A program made the position numbers and the translations under genes. From the NCBI GenBank assembly GCA_041664985.1, contig JBAYJS010000025.1, positions 1-14,871 of the forward strand: DNA of 14,871 bases, in the 5' to 3' direction. Origin of the DNA: Candidatus Buchananbacteria bacterium (GTDB taxonomy: Bacteria; Patescibacteriota; Patescibacteriia; Buchananbacterales; UBA6539). The notes beneath the pieces were generated by a model that did not search any database, was not told where the DNA came from, and was given only the letters and a program-made list of their open reading frames with translations. Of the stretch, positions 1-7,466 are shown piece by piece (positions within the stretch are counted from its first letter, which is position 1; the number at the start of each line of letters is the position of its first letter).

Positions 1-308
1 ACTTCTGGCGCCTGACTTCCAACAGCTCGCAATAATCCCTCAAGCAACTCATCATCGTCATCATCAGTCACCAACACGGTTGTTGACGGAGCGGCCGGCG
101 GTTCGCTATCTGCCGCAAAAGCGTCAAGAGACGGGTCGTCTCCTTCTTCTCTCGGCGGCAGCGCAGGCAGGCCATCGTCTTGTTTACCACCGTCAGAACC
201 TTCTTCAAAGTCCGCCAGCGTCGGCAAAGGGCCTCCTAACGAATCGTCTCCCTCTTTTTTTTCAGCTGGAGGGCCAGCGTCTTGAGTATTGGGATCGTTA
301 CCGTTCAT
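1..308 (-). CDS. hypothetical protein, N-terminal part only (gene runs off the left edge); acidic, Pro/Asp/Glu/Gly-rich low-complexity N-terminus
   Basis: Minus-strand ATG at 308 with AAGGAG 6 nt upstream. The frame stays open to position 1. Translation begins MNGNDPNTQDAGPPAEKKEGDDSLGGPLPTLADFEEG...DDDDDELLEGLLRAVGSQAPE. It is absent from the ORF track because no stop lies inside the window. It sits 42 nt downstream of the 350..1195 gene on the same strand. Confidence 0.4.
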   Translation of the reverse strand, partial: MNGNDPNTQDAGPPAEKKEGDDSLGGPLPTLADFEEGSDGGKQDDGLPALPPREEGDDPSLDAFAADSEPPAAPSTTVLVTDDDDDELLEGLLRAVGSQAPE

Positions 309-349
309 CGTATTCTCCTTATCAGCACCGAAGTACTGTAAGTTGTCCT

Positions 350-1195
350 TTACTCCGCGGTCAGGACCACCCTGATCCGCGCCACGCCGTCCATTATCAT
401 AGGACGGAACATGACTGTGGAGCCGCCGGGGATTTCCATCCCTGACACGTATGGCTCCCAATCCTGTTGGTTTATCCGGATACTCAGCTCAGACGAGATG
501 TCGCCCGAATACCGGAGACTGTACGTTGAGTCTTGCTTTGACTCCCAATACAGGGGTGGGGTTTCACGACCAGCGGCCACTTCAATGAACCATCCCCACC
601 GATCTTTCTCTCTCGGCAGAGCAGTCCAACTAGTGATCGTCGGCTTGTCCAAAGACTCCGGACCGACCGATTCCTCCGGCACCCAGAGCAAATTTTTTTG
701 CTCGTGAGGCGCCACCGACACCCGAACCCAAATCTTGGTGTCGGCTGGAAACGACCTGGGATCAATATTCGGGTAATACCGAACCTTGGTCCCGGCTGCC
801 AAAGACTCCAGCGACTTGCCGGCGTCGTCTTTGACAAGCACTTCCTCGCCAACCAAAACGCGATTGGAGTAATCCTTTACTCCTCTCGTTACCGTTTCGG
901 AGGCGCGGTTTTTGGTCTCGGCGACGGCTTTGACAGTCGTTGCCGTCTCCAGGTCGGTGTTAGCCGCGCTGACGCTTTTGCGAGCGGCCAGCAGTCGTGC
1001 CGCCGCAGGATCAGTTTTGGCCTTTGCGACCAAAGCTTGTTCCTGCTGTTCGGCAGTGATACGCGCCGGTTTGCCCGACAGCGCATCGTTGGTCCAAATC
1101 GTCGCGTGGTACGCGAAGACAATGACCGGACCGCCGACGACAATCACGAGAACCGCCAGTGCCCATTTCAATAAACCCATAACCGTGTCCTTCAT
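350..1195 (-). CDS. membrane-anchored hypothetical protein: one N-terminal TM helix, an Ala/Gln/Lys-rich coiled-coil-like segment, then a beta-rich C-terminal domain; possibly a periplasmic-adaptor or NfeD-like partner of the adjacent SPFH protein
   Basis: The ORF track gives 350..1327. I prefer the internal ATG at 1195 (MKDTVMGLLKWALAVLVIVVGGPVIVFAY...) because GGAG lies 7 nt upstream. The hydrophobic N-terminal helix is followed by AEQQEQALVAKAKTDPAAARLLAARKS and later LLWVPEESV, which resembles the membrane-fusion-protein motif. GC is high, like the SPFH gene. The fold assignment is a guess. Confidence 0.5.
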   Translation of the reverse strand: MKDTVMGLLKWALAVLVIVVGGPVIVFAYHATIWTNDALSGKPARITAEQQEQALVAKAKTDPAAARLLAARKSVSAANTDLETATTVKAVAETKNRASETVTRGVKDYSNRVLVGEEVLVKDDAGKSLESLAAGTKVRYYPNIDPRSFPADTKIWVRVSVAPHEQKNLLWVPEESVGPESLDKPTITSWTALPREKDRWGWFIEVAAGRETPPLYWESKQDSTYSLRYSGDISSELSIRINQQDWEPYVSGMEIPGGSTVMFRPMIMDGVARIRVVLTAE

Positions 1196-1450
1196 CAGTC
1201 TTCTCCTTGCCTCATTTAGTTGCCCAATCCACTCTTTCCCAAAGACCTCAAACGACCAGCTAAAACAGTTAGCCAGTCGCATTCCTTCTCTATATATGCA
1301 TAGGTTGTCAAAGACCTGGATTTTCAACCAGATTCTTCCTCAAACCCAATATAATATAATAGCACATTTTCAAAAGTTTGTCAATATAAAAACAAAATAA
1401 TGCTATATTTTAGCCAAAATAAAGCGACTACTTTAAGAAAACAAGGCTTT

Positions 1451-1487
1451 TTTATAAAAAAAGACCAACCATTAGAATAGTTGGTCT
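1451..1487 (-). terminator. rho-independent terminator downstream of the SPFH gene
   Basis: Perfect 8-bp stem agaccaac(1462-1469)/gttggtct(1480-1487) with a 10-nt loop. On the minus-strand transcript it is followed by UUUUUUUAUAAAAAAGCC (complement of 1451-1461). It starts 14 nt after the stop at 1501. Confidence 0.5.
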
Positions 1488-1500
1488 GGGGTTTGTGAGG

Positions 1501-3036
1501 TTACTTCTTCTCCGGGTGTTGGGGCTTAACAACTTCTGGCTCGTCTTCTTCGACTGGCGGGTCGGCTTTTTTGGCGCCCGGATCTTTGGCCTGCGCCATC
1601 GGAATGCCCCCCATGGCACCAAGAACTGACACCATATTTGCGGTATCGCTTGCTCCACCGCCGCCGGAAACCACCGTGACATTCCCAACTGCGTTGGCCA
1701 TTTGCACTGCCGCATTGGTCTGGAAAGCCAGCCTGGCATCAGGGTCTTTCATGGCATCGGCTCGCAACGTCAAGGCAGCAGCGTCACCGCGCGCTCTCTC
1801 TTCTTCAGCTATTGCATCGCCCTTAGCTTCGGCAAACTTCGCGGCGGCAGCAGCCATTGCAGCGGTCTTTCTCTCGAAATCCTTTCTGATTTCCGGATCA
1901 GCCGGTTGCAGATCCTGGACTTTGATTTCCAAAATCTGAAAACCAACCGTACTGAGGCAAACCCAGGCCGGGGTTTTTTCCGGAAAATTGTTCTGAACAA
2001 AAATCTGGTTTCTTGCCCAGACAATTTTCGGATTGCCATCAGACAAACCAAGGATTTTATGTAACTGATCGTAAACCTGGCCTTGAATGTCCGGATTCAG
2101 ATCAAGTTCGGCGCCAAGGCCTTCCAAATCACCGGTTCGATCCTCAGTGCGCCTGGCAATATAGCGCATGGTTTGAATTACCAACCGCCAGGTTGAGGCA
2201 ATCTCGTGACAAACGGATTCGCCAGGAAACTGAGACCCGTAAACTGCAGAATAAGGATCCCAAACCGAGGCACGAACATACAACTTCGCCTCGACCTCAA
2301 TTGGATCAGCAGTCGCGACGTTGTCTGGAATGATATCCCAAGGCCGCTCCTTAAGGAAGCAAAACCGAACCGGCTCAATTGTCGGATTGGTCTCGTCCTC
2401 AGGCCGCTCATACCACGGATCACGCATCTTGTACTGCCACGGCCACTTGAAAAGGCCAAAGAAGTAATAGCCGTCACCTGGCGACAAAACAACGTACATT
2501 TCATAGCCGGCTTGCTGGTTGCGCCAGGCAGCCAATAGCTCGAAATGACGGCGGCGATTTGGGTCGTTACAGTTGATAACGATTTTCCAACACGCCCCGA
2601 GATATTCGAGAATCGCCGCCGAATTTTCCGGCACCTGGACTTGCCACCACCCCAGTTCAGCGCAGGCCGGGATCATTGGTGACCAGGAAAAGTATACCAC
2701 CAAACAACCGACGGCAGTAGTAACCAGCCAGCCGATAAAATTGGCCGGAAAGGTCAGGCCGAAAAAAAACACCAGCCCGGCACCGACCAAACCAATGCCA
2801 AAAACCACCCAGTTCAGCTTTTGAAACACCAAAAGCTTTTGCTGGGCCACCAAGTCGTTGACTGGCAACTTTCTCGGAAAGACCAAGATGCTCTGACCCA
2901 AAAGCCAAAGCGCGCCCAGCCAAGCCGCTACGGCCACGATCAAGTTGACCATCGGCAGTGGTATGAATACCAAAGCCAGAGCGCCAAGCCCAGCGATTAG
3001 GGCTGCGCCCAGAATTCCCAACATCATTTTCAACAT
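1501..3036 (-). CDS. SPFH/band-7 (stomatin/prohibitin/HflK/C-like) domain protein with an N-terminal multi-pass membrane region (~4-5 TM helices), 511 aa
   Basis: The C-terminal half carries SPFH-type motifs: KLYVRASVWDPYSAVYG, GFQILEIKVQDLQPADPEIRKDFERKTAAMAAAAAKFAEAKGDAIAEEERARGDAAAL, and a Gly-rich tail. The N-terminal ~200 aa are strongly hydrophobic (MLGILGAALIAGLGALALVFIPLPMVNLIVAVAAWLGALWLLG...). GGAGG lies 8 nt upstream of the ATG at 3036. GC is ~57%, against ~38% in neighbouring genes. Confidence 0.75.
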   Translation of the reverse strand: MLKMMLGILGAALIAGLGALALVFIPLPMVNLIVAVAAWLGALWLLGQSILVFPRKLPVNDLVAQQKLLVFQKLNWVVFGIGLVGAGLVFFFGLTFPANFIGWLVTTAVGCLVVYFSWSPMIPACAELGWWQVQVPENSAAILEYLGACWKIVINCNDPNRRRHFELLAAWRNQQAGYEMYVVLSPGDGYYFFGLFKWPWQYKMRDPWYERPEDETNPTIEPVRFCFLKERPWDIIPDNVATADPIEVEAKLYVRASVWDPYSAVYGSQFPGESVCHEIASTWRLVIQTMRYIARRTEDRTGDLEGLGAELDLNPDIQGQVYDQLHKILGLSDGNPKIVWARNQIFVQNNFPEKTPAWVCLSTVGFQILEIKVQDLQPADPEIRKDFERKTAAMAAAAAKFAEAKGDAIAEEERARGDAAALTLRADAMKDPDARLAFQTNAAVQMANAVGNVTVVSGGGGASDTANMVSVLGAMGGIPMAQAKDPGAKKADPPVEEDEPEVVKPQHPEKK

Positions 3037-3174
3037 GTGCCTATCCTCCTGCCCAACGGGCGATTTTGCGACATCTCAGATCTTAAGTCTATACAAAACT
3101 CTTCACAGTGAAAACTAACCTCACTTGTTAAAGAGCAGAATTTTCGCACCCCAAACACAGATTGGAGTGACACT

Positions 3175-3204
3175 AAACGATACCACGCCAAACTGAATTT
3201 GTCA
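3175..3204 (-). promoter_or_regulatory. candidate sigma70-type promoter for the SPFH operon (minus strand TTGACA-17-TATCGT)
   Basis: Minus-strand TTGACA is the complement of 3199-3204. After a 17-nt spacer comes TATCGT, the complement of 3175-3180. This implies a ~130-nt 5' UTR ending at GGAGG-N8-ATG (3036). Confidence 0.3.
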
Positions 3205-3231
3205 AGCAAAATTATAACAAAAAATACCTTA
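3200..3231 (-). terminator. rho-independent terminator after the pilin-like gene
   Basis: Perfect palindrome ataccttagctaaggtat (3214-3231), a 7-9 bp stem. On the minus transcript it is followed by UUUUUUGUUAU. It lies 38 nt downstream of the stop at 3269. Confidence 0.45.
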
Positions 3232-3268
3232 GCTAAGGTATTTTCCCATCAATAAAATTAAATCAAAT

Positions 3269-3655
3269 TTAACCGGTTATAGCGCTGATTACAAAAGTCA
3301 CCAAAGCGTAACTGGCAAAAATAACCGCCAAACCCAATGATGCCCACATTACCATATCTTTGCCCTTTTTGACTTTTTCCTCGCTACCAGCCGAAGTCAC
3401 CCAATAAAAACCACCCAAGATAAAAACCCCCAAAGCTAGAGAGCCAACAATTCCTAATAAAGCTTTAATGATATTACCAATAACCTCTCGCGGATCATCA
3501 ATCCCAATCGGATTTTTAATTCCGGTAGCATCACTGCCCGAAGTCGAACCACCAGCTTCCGTATCGGCCAAAACCAAAGTCGGCATCAGTAGACTGAAAG
3601 CCAATACCATTAAAACCAAAAATGTAAAAAAATTCTTTTTCATAACTAATTTCAT
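3269..3655 (-). CDS. small secreted/membrane pilin-like protein of the VirB2/TrbC-like 'T4SS pilin' family common in Patescibacteria (CPR): signal peptide plus two TM helices flanking a Lys-rich loop
   Basis: MKLVMKKNFFTFLVLMVLAFSLLMPTLVLA is a signal peptide. It is followed by ...GIKNPIG...EVIGNIIKALLGIVGSLALGVFILGGFYWVTSAGSEEKVKKGKDMVMWASLGLAVIFASYALVTFV. The motif spacing (NPxG, LLGIxGxxAxxxxIxGG(F/I)xYxTSxGxEE, KKGK, then a second helix) matches my recollection of the short 'pilin' proteins annotated in CPR genomes. It starts 23-35 nt downstream of lgt on the same strand. Confidence 0.65.
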   Translation of the reverse strand: MKLVMKKNFFTFLVLMVLAFSLLMPTLVLADTEAGGSTSGSDATGIKNPIGIDDPREVIGNIIKALLGIVGSLALGVFILGGFYWVTSAGSEEKVKKGKDMVMWASLGLAVIFASYALVTFVISAITG

Positions 3656-3678
3656 TATAAATCAGCCAAGTTGGGGTG

Positions 3679-4527
3679 TCAAACCGCTTTTGGTTTAAAT
3701 TTTTTGATTAGAAATAATAAGCTAAAAATAATCACCACCAAACTGACTAGAATCGGCAATCGGATACCTAAAATTATCATGGTTTGGTCGGTTCGCAAAA
3801 ATTCCAAACCGATTCTAATTAAAGAATAAATAATTAAATAGACTAAAAATATTACCCCCGATTTTTTATTTTTTAATTTATAAAACAAAACCAACAAAAT
3901 TAAAAAATTACAAAAATCCAAAATTGATTCATACAAAAAAGTCGGGTGAAAATATTGAAAATTTAAATACTCAAGCGGTCGATTGGCAAAACTGATTGGA
4001 ATGCCCCAGGGCAAATTGGTTGGTTTGCCAAAAACTTCTTGATTAAAGTAATTGCCAAAGCGCCCAATGGCCTGACCCAAAGCCAAAGCCGGCGCAATTA
4101 AATCCGCCCAAAGCCAAAAGCTACCTATCTCCCTTGGCCCTTTGGGGGAGAGGGTGGTCCCGATGAATCTGGATCGGGTGAGGGGGTGAGTATAAATAAA
4201 TAAAGTTAGAATTCCAAAAAAAATCGCACCGTGAATCGCCAGTCCCCCGTGCCACACGGCCAAAATTTCCAATGGTTGCGATAAATAAAATTGCCAATCT
4301 AAAAACACGGCATAAGCCCTGGCGCCAAGCAAACCAAAAATCAATAAGTAAAACCCGAGGTTGTAAACCTCATCACTAGAAATTGAAAAACGCTTGGCTA
4401 ATTTTAAAACTACCAGCAAGCCTAAAACCGCAGCAAAGACTACAAAAATGCCGTACCAATGGATTTGTAAAAAGCCAAATTGGAACAAAATCGGCTGGGG
4501 TAAATAGCTATGTAAAAAATTAATCAT
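3679..4527 (-). CDS. lgt: prolipoprotein diacylglyceryl transferase
   Basis: Lgt signatures: HWYG near the N-terminus, GARAYAV, WHGGLAIHGAIFFG, GQAIGRFGNYFNQEVFG (the Lgt GxxGNFxNxE motif), and PTFLYESILD. 282 aa with multiple TM helices. It carries a ~20-aa insertion relative to E. coli Lgt between HGG...IF and ...IAP (see the repeat feature at 4128..4189). Confidence 0.85.
   Translation of the reverse strand: MINFLHSYLPQPILFQFGFLQIHWYGIFVVFAAVLGLLVVLKLAKRFSISSDEVYNLGFYLLIFGLLGARAYAVFLDWQFYLSQPLEILAVWHGGLAIHGAIFFGILTLFIYTHPLTRSRFIGTTLSPKGPREIGSFWLWADLIAPALALGQAIGRFGNYFNQEVFGKPTNLPWGIPISFANRPLEYLNFQYFHPTFLYESILDFCNFLILLVLFYKLKNKKSGVIFLVYLIIYSLIRIGLEFLRTDQTMIILGIRLPILVSLVVIIFSLLFLIKKFKPKAV
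4128..4189. repeat. GC-rich ~60-nt in-frame insertion inside lgt containing a perfect inverted repeat CCCGAT-N8-ATCGGG
   Basis: The sequence ctcccttggccctttgggggagagggtggtcccgatgaatctggatcgggtgagggggtgag is >65% GC inside a ~33% GC gene. IR arms lie at 4158-4163 and 4172-4177. It encodes HPLTRSRFIGTTLSPKGPREIGSF in the loop, which is ~20 aa longer than the E. coli equivalent. It shares the 11-mer ttggccctttg (4133-4143) with a similar GC-rich insert in pyk (8255-8265). Confidence 0.3.
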
Positions 4528-4552
4528 ACTTTAAGTCTAACACAGATAGCTT

Positions 4553-4591
4553 GAGATAAAAAACAGGTTCAGTGAAATTCACTGAACCTTA
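4553..4591 (-). terminator. strong rho-independent terminator (minus strand) 26-40 nt upstream of the lgt start codon
   Basis: Perfect 11-bp stem aggttcagtga(4567-4577)/tcactgaacct(4581-4591) with a 3-nt loop. On the minus transcript it is followed by UGUUUUUUAUC (complement of 4553-4566). Confidence 0.6.
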
Positions 4592-4932
4592 GCAGAGATC
4601 AGGCGGCACGACGAACCGCACCTTGAAACTTCCGCGCTCGACGCGCGTGGCAGGCGCGCTCATCACTTTTGCCGGTGAAATGCCGCCGGGAAACCCCGCC
4701 ACTACCCCCTCCTTCGGAAGCCCGATTAGCAACACCGACTTTGAGAAATAACTGCCGAACTGGTCCGCAAATACCAATCCTTGTCATAACGTTCTCCAAG
4801 TAAAACAATTCAGTTACATCACTTACACAACGTTACGACTCGACCCTTGGCGGACCATGCTCTAGATTGCCCAAGATAACCACCCCCTTTCCGGGTTTGG
4901 CCTTAGTTATTCCCGTTGTACCAACCAACAGG
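4592..4932 (-). ncRNA. candidate structured non-coding RNA or long regulatory leader (class not identified), GC-rich island in an AT-rich intergenic region
   Basis: The ~340-nt segment is ~55-60% GC between AT-rich genes. No ORF with protein-like composition is present (the 62- and 69-aa minus ORFs are Arg/Ala/Gly-rich artefacts). It contains many local GC helices, for example CGCGCGUCGAGCGCG and GCGG-N9-CCGC. It is bounded upstream by a weak ppsA terminator and a possible promoter (minus TTGACT 4963-4968, 18-nt spacer, TATGTT 4939-4944). It is bounded downstream by the strong terminator at 4553-4591. I could not match RNase P, tmRNA, SRP or common riboswitch consensus motifs by eye. Confidence 0.3.
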
Positions 4933-4967
4933 ATATATCAACATAGCGCTTTTTTACCCAAAAAGTC

Positions 4968-4995
4968 AATATTCAAAAAGACGGCCAAAAGCCGC
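4968..4995 (-). terminator. weak candidate terminator downstream of ppsA
   Basis: Minus transcript GGCGGC UUUU GGCCGUC forms a 5-bp stem with one G.U pair (4979-4983/4991-4995). It is followed by UUUUUGAAUAUU and lies 22 nt after the ppsA stop. Confidence 0.3.
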
Positions 4996-5016
4996 CTTTT
5001 GAATGTTTGATTCTGG

Positions 5017-7410
5017 TTATTTTTTCTTGAGTCTTTTTTCTTGGGCTAAAATATCCAAAGTGGTTTTAACCACAGTATCTGGATTTAAAGACAAACTGTC
5101 AATTCCCTCTTTGACTAAAAACTGGGCAAAATCGGCAAAATCAGAAGGCGCCTGGCCGCAAATACCAATTTTTCTTTTTTTCTTTTTGGCAATTTTTATT
5201 ACCTGAGAAATTAATTTTTTGACCGCTGAGTTTCTTTCGTCATAAACATGAGAAACCAAAGCCGAATCCCGATCAACACCCAAAGTCAGCTGGGTCAAGT
5301 CATTTGAGCCAATGGAAAAACCATCAAAAATTTCACAAAATTCTTCGGCCAAAATTACATTTGAAGGAATTTCACACATCACATAAATTTCCAATCCCCC
5401 TACCCCACGCTTTAAACCGTTTTGTGCCATAATTGCAATCACTTTTTCACCTTCTTTTATCGTTCGACAAAACGGAATCATAACTTTAATATTTTTTAAA
5501 CCCATCACGTCTCTGGCTTTGGCTAAAGCTTTGCATTCCAAAACAAAAGCCTGTTGATATTGCTGTGAATAATACCGGCAAGCACCGCGCCAGCCAATCA
5601 TTGGGTTTGACTCAAGCGGTTCGAATTCTTTGCCGCCAATCAAATTGGCGTATTCGTTTGATTTAAAATCCGACAACCGAAAAATCACTTCTTTGGGATA
5701 AAAAGCACAAGCAATCTGAGCTACGCCTTCGGCCAGCTTATCAATAAAATACTGGCTTTTATTTTTATACTCTTTGGTTATTTCGGCAATTTTTCTTTTG
5801 GCTGACAAATCTTTTAGCTTAGAAAAATTTAATAAGGCCAAAGGATGAATTTTAATGTGATTATTGATAATAAATTCTTCTCTGGCCAAACCCACGCCGT
5901 CATTTGGAATAAAAGAAGAAGCAAAAGCAATATCAGGCTGACCGACGTTTAACATAATTTTAGTTTTTGGCCGCCGTAAAGTTTTTAAATTGGTTTTTTT
6001 GACATTAAAAATCGCCAGGCCATCATAAACATAACCCGTCTCCCCTTCGGCGCAAGAAATTGTCACTTTTTGACCGGTTTTAATTTTTTTGGTGGCAAAA
6101 TCAGTACCAACAATGCAGGCAATGCCCAACTCGCGCGAGACAATCGCCGCATGGCAAGTCCGGCCACCGCGATTAGTAATAATACCTGAGGCAATTTTCA
6201 TAATCGGCTCCCAGTCCGGATCAGTCATATCAGTCACCAAAATTTCGCCGGGCTGAAATTTGGTAATTTGTTTGGGATCGGCAATAACTCTGGCAATCCC
6301 TGATGCGATTTTGGTGCCAACCGGCGCACCGGTCACAATGACTTTACCGCGCTTTTTGATTTGATATTCTTCAAGCACCGATAAATTTCTAACCGCCTGA
6401 ACGGTTTCGGGCCGCGCTTGTAAAATATAAATTTTTTTGGTTCGACCGTCTTTGGCCCATTCAATATCCATCGGTCGATTGTAATGTTTTTCAATCGCTA
6501 CCCCCCAACGAGCCAACTGCAAAATTTCATTTTCAGAAATTACGTACTTTTCCTGTTCGGCTTTGGTGGTATTGATATTTTTTGTCTGCTGATTTTTTTG
6601 GGTGGCATAAATCATTTTAATTTTTTTGCCGCCAAGTTTTTTGCGCACAATCGGCCGGAAATTTTTGGCTAAAGTGCCTTTAAAAACATAAAATTCATCC
6701 GGCGTTACTTTTCCCTGGACAATATTTTCGCCCAACCCCCAGGAACCGTTAATCAAAACCGTGCCCGAAAAACCAGTTTCCGTATCAATGGTAAACATCA
6801 CGCCCGAGCAGGCTAAATCCGATCGAATCATTTTTTGAACCCCAATTGATAAGCCAACTTTAAAATGGTCAAAACCTTTATCAAACCGATAAGAGATTGC
6901 CCGGTTGGTAAAAAGCGAAGCTAAGCATTTTTTACAGGCTGCTAAAAGCTCGGTTTGGCCGCAAATATTTAAAAAAGTTTCCTGCTGGCCGGCAAATGAT
7001 GCGTCGGGCAAATCTTCGGCCGTAGCCGAAGACCGAACCGCCACGTCGACATTTTTTCCGTATTGTTTTTCCAATTTTTGATAAGCGGCGTTAATTTGTT
7101 CAACCAGCTCCAAAGGTAAATTCTCCTGTAAAATCAAGCTGCGGATTTTTTGACCCGAAGCCATTAAATTATTGATGTCGTTGGGATTTAAATTTTCCAA
7201 AATCTTTTTTATTTTTTGATCCAGACCGGTTTTTTTCAAAAAATAAAAATAAGCCTGAGCGGTAAGCGCAAAGCCATTGGGAATATTAATGCCGTGTGGC
7301 ACTAACTTTTGATACATCTCGCCCAAAGAGGCATTTTTGCCGCCAACAATCGGCACGTCCTTAATGGTTAATTCCTCAAACCAATAGATGAATTTTTTTG
7401 TTGGCAACAT
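5017..7410 (-). CDS. ppsA: phosphoenolpyruvate synthase (pyruvate, water dikinase), 797 aa
   Basis: N-terminal FEELTIKDVPIVGGKNASLGEM is the PpsA hallmark. VRSSATAEDLPDASFAGQQETFLN is also present. The phosphohistidine domain is GGRTCHAAIVSRELGIACIVG. The C-terminal PEP-utilising TIM-barrel region is IGSNDLTQLTLGVDRDS. The length matches E. coli PpsA (792 aa). Confidence 0.9.
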   Translation of the reverse strand: MLPTKKFIYWFEELTIKDVPIVGGKNASLGEMYQKLVPHGINIPNGFALTAQAYFYFLKKTGLDQKIKKILENLNPNDINNLMASGQKIRSLILQENLPLELVEQINAAYQKLEKQYGKNVDVAVRSSATAEDLPDASFAGQQETFLNICGQTELLAACKKCLASLFTNRAISYRFDKGFDHFKVGLSIGVQKMIRSDLACSGVMFTIDTETGFSGTVLINGSWGLGENIVQGKVTPDEFYVFKGTLAKNFRPIVRKKLGGKKIKMIYATQKNQQTKNINTTKAEQEKYVISENEILQLARWGVAIEKHYNRPMDIEWAKDGRTKKIYILQARPETVQAVRNLSVLEEYQIKKRGKVIVTGAPVGTKIASGIARVIADPKQITKFQPGEILVTDMTDPDWEPIMKIASGIITNRGGRTCHAAIVSRELGIACIVGTDFATKKIKTGQKVTISCAEGETGYVYDGLAIFNVKKTNLKTLRRPKTKIMLNVGQPDIAFASSFIPNDGVGLAREEFIINNHIKIHPLALLNFSKLKDLSAKRKIAEITKEYKNKSQYFIDKLAEGVAQIACAFYPKEVIFRLSDFKSNEYANLIGGKEFEPLESNPMIGWRGACRYYSQQYQQAFVLECKALAKARDVMGLKNIKVMIPFCRTIKEGEKVIAIMAQNGLKRGVGGLEIYVMCEIPSNVILAEEFCEIFDGFSIGSNDLTQLTLGVDRDSALVSHVYDERNSAVKKLISQVIKIAKKKKRKIGICGQAPSDFADFAQFLVKEGIDSLSLNPDTVVKTTLDILAQEKRLKKK

Positions 7411-7466
7411 AAAAATAGTTTTAGAGTTTAACTAATTTTATATAAAAGATTTGATGAGAACAAATT

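Noticed and set aside
80-445. Plus-strand ORF of 121 aa (MLTERPAVRYLPQKRQ...)
   Set aside because: It has Arg/Leu/Pro-rich GC-artefact composition and no RBS. It is antisense to a better-supported minus-strand gene (AAGGAG-ATG at 308) and to the 350..1195 gene.
2125-2147. tRNA-like T-loop string GGTTCGATCC
   Set aside because: The flanking bases cannot form a T-stem or acceptor stem. It lies inside the SPFH coding frame.
1571-2538. Several plus- and minus-strand ORFs (1571..1939, 1702..2064, 1809..2051, 2013..2333, 2178..2504, 2206..2538) overlapping the SPFH gene
   Set aside because: They have non-protein-like low-complexity translations typical of alternative frames in GC-rich DNA. The SPFH frame has clear domain motifs and accounts for the region.
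3468-3698. 76-aa plus-strand ORF overlapping the pilin gene and lgt 3' end
   Set aside because: It is antisense to two well-supported genes and has no RBS.
4589-4808. Minus-strand ORFs of 62 and 69 aa inside the GC-rich intergenic island
   Set aside because: The translations are Arg/Ala/Gly-rich with no hydrophobic core and no RBS. They are more consistent with a structured RNA or non-coding GC-rich DNA.
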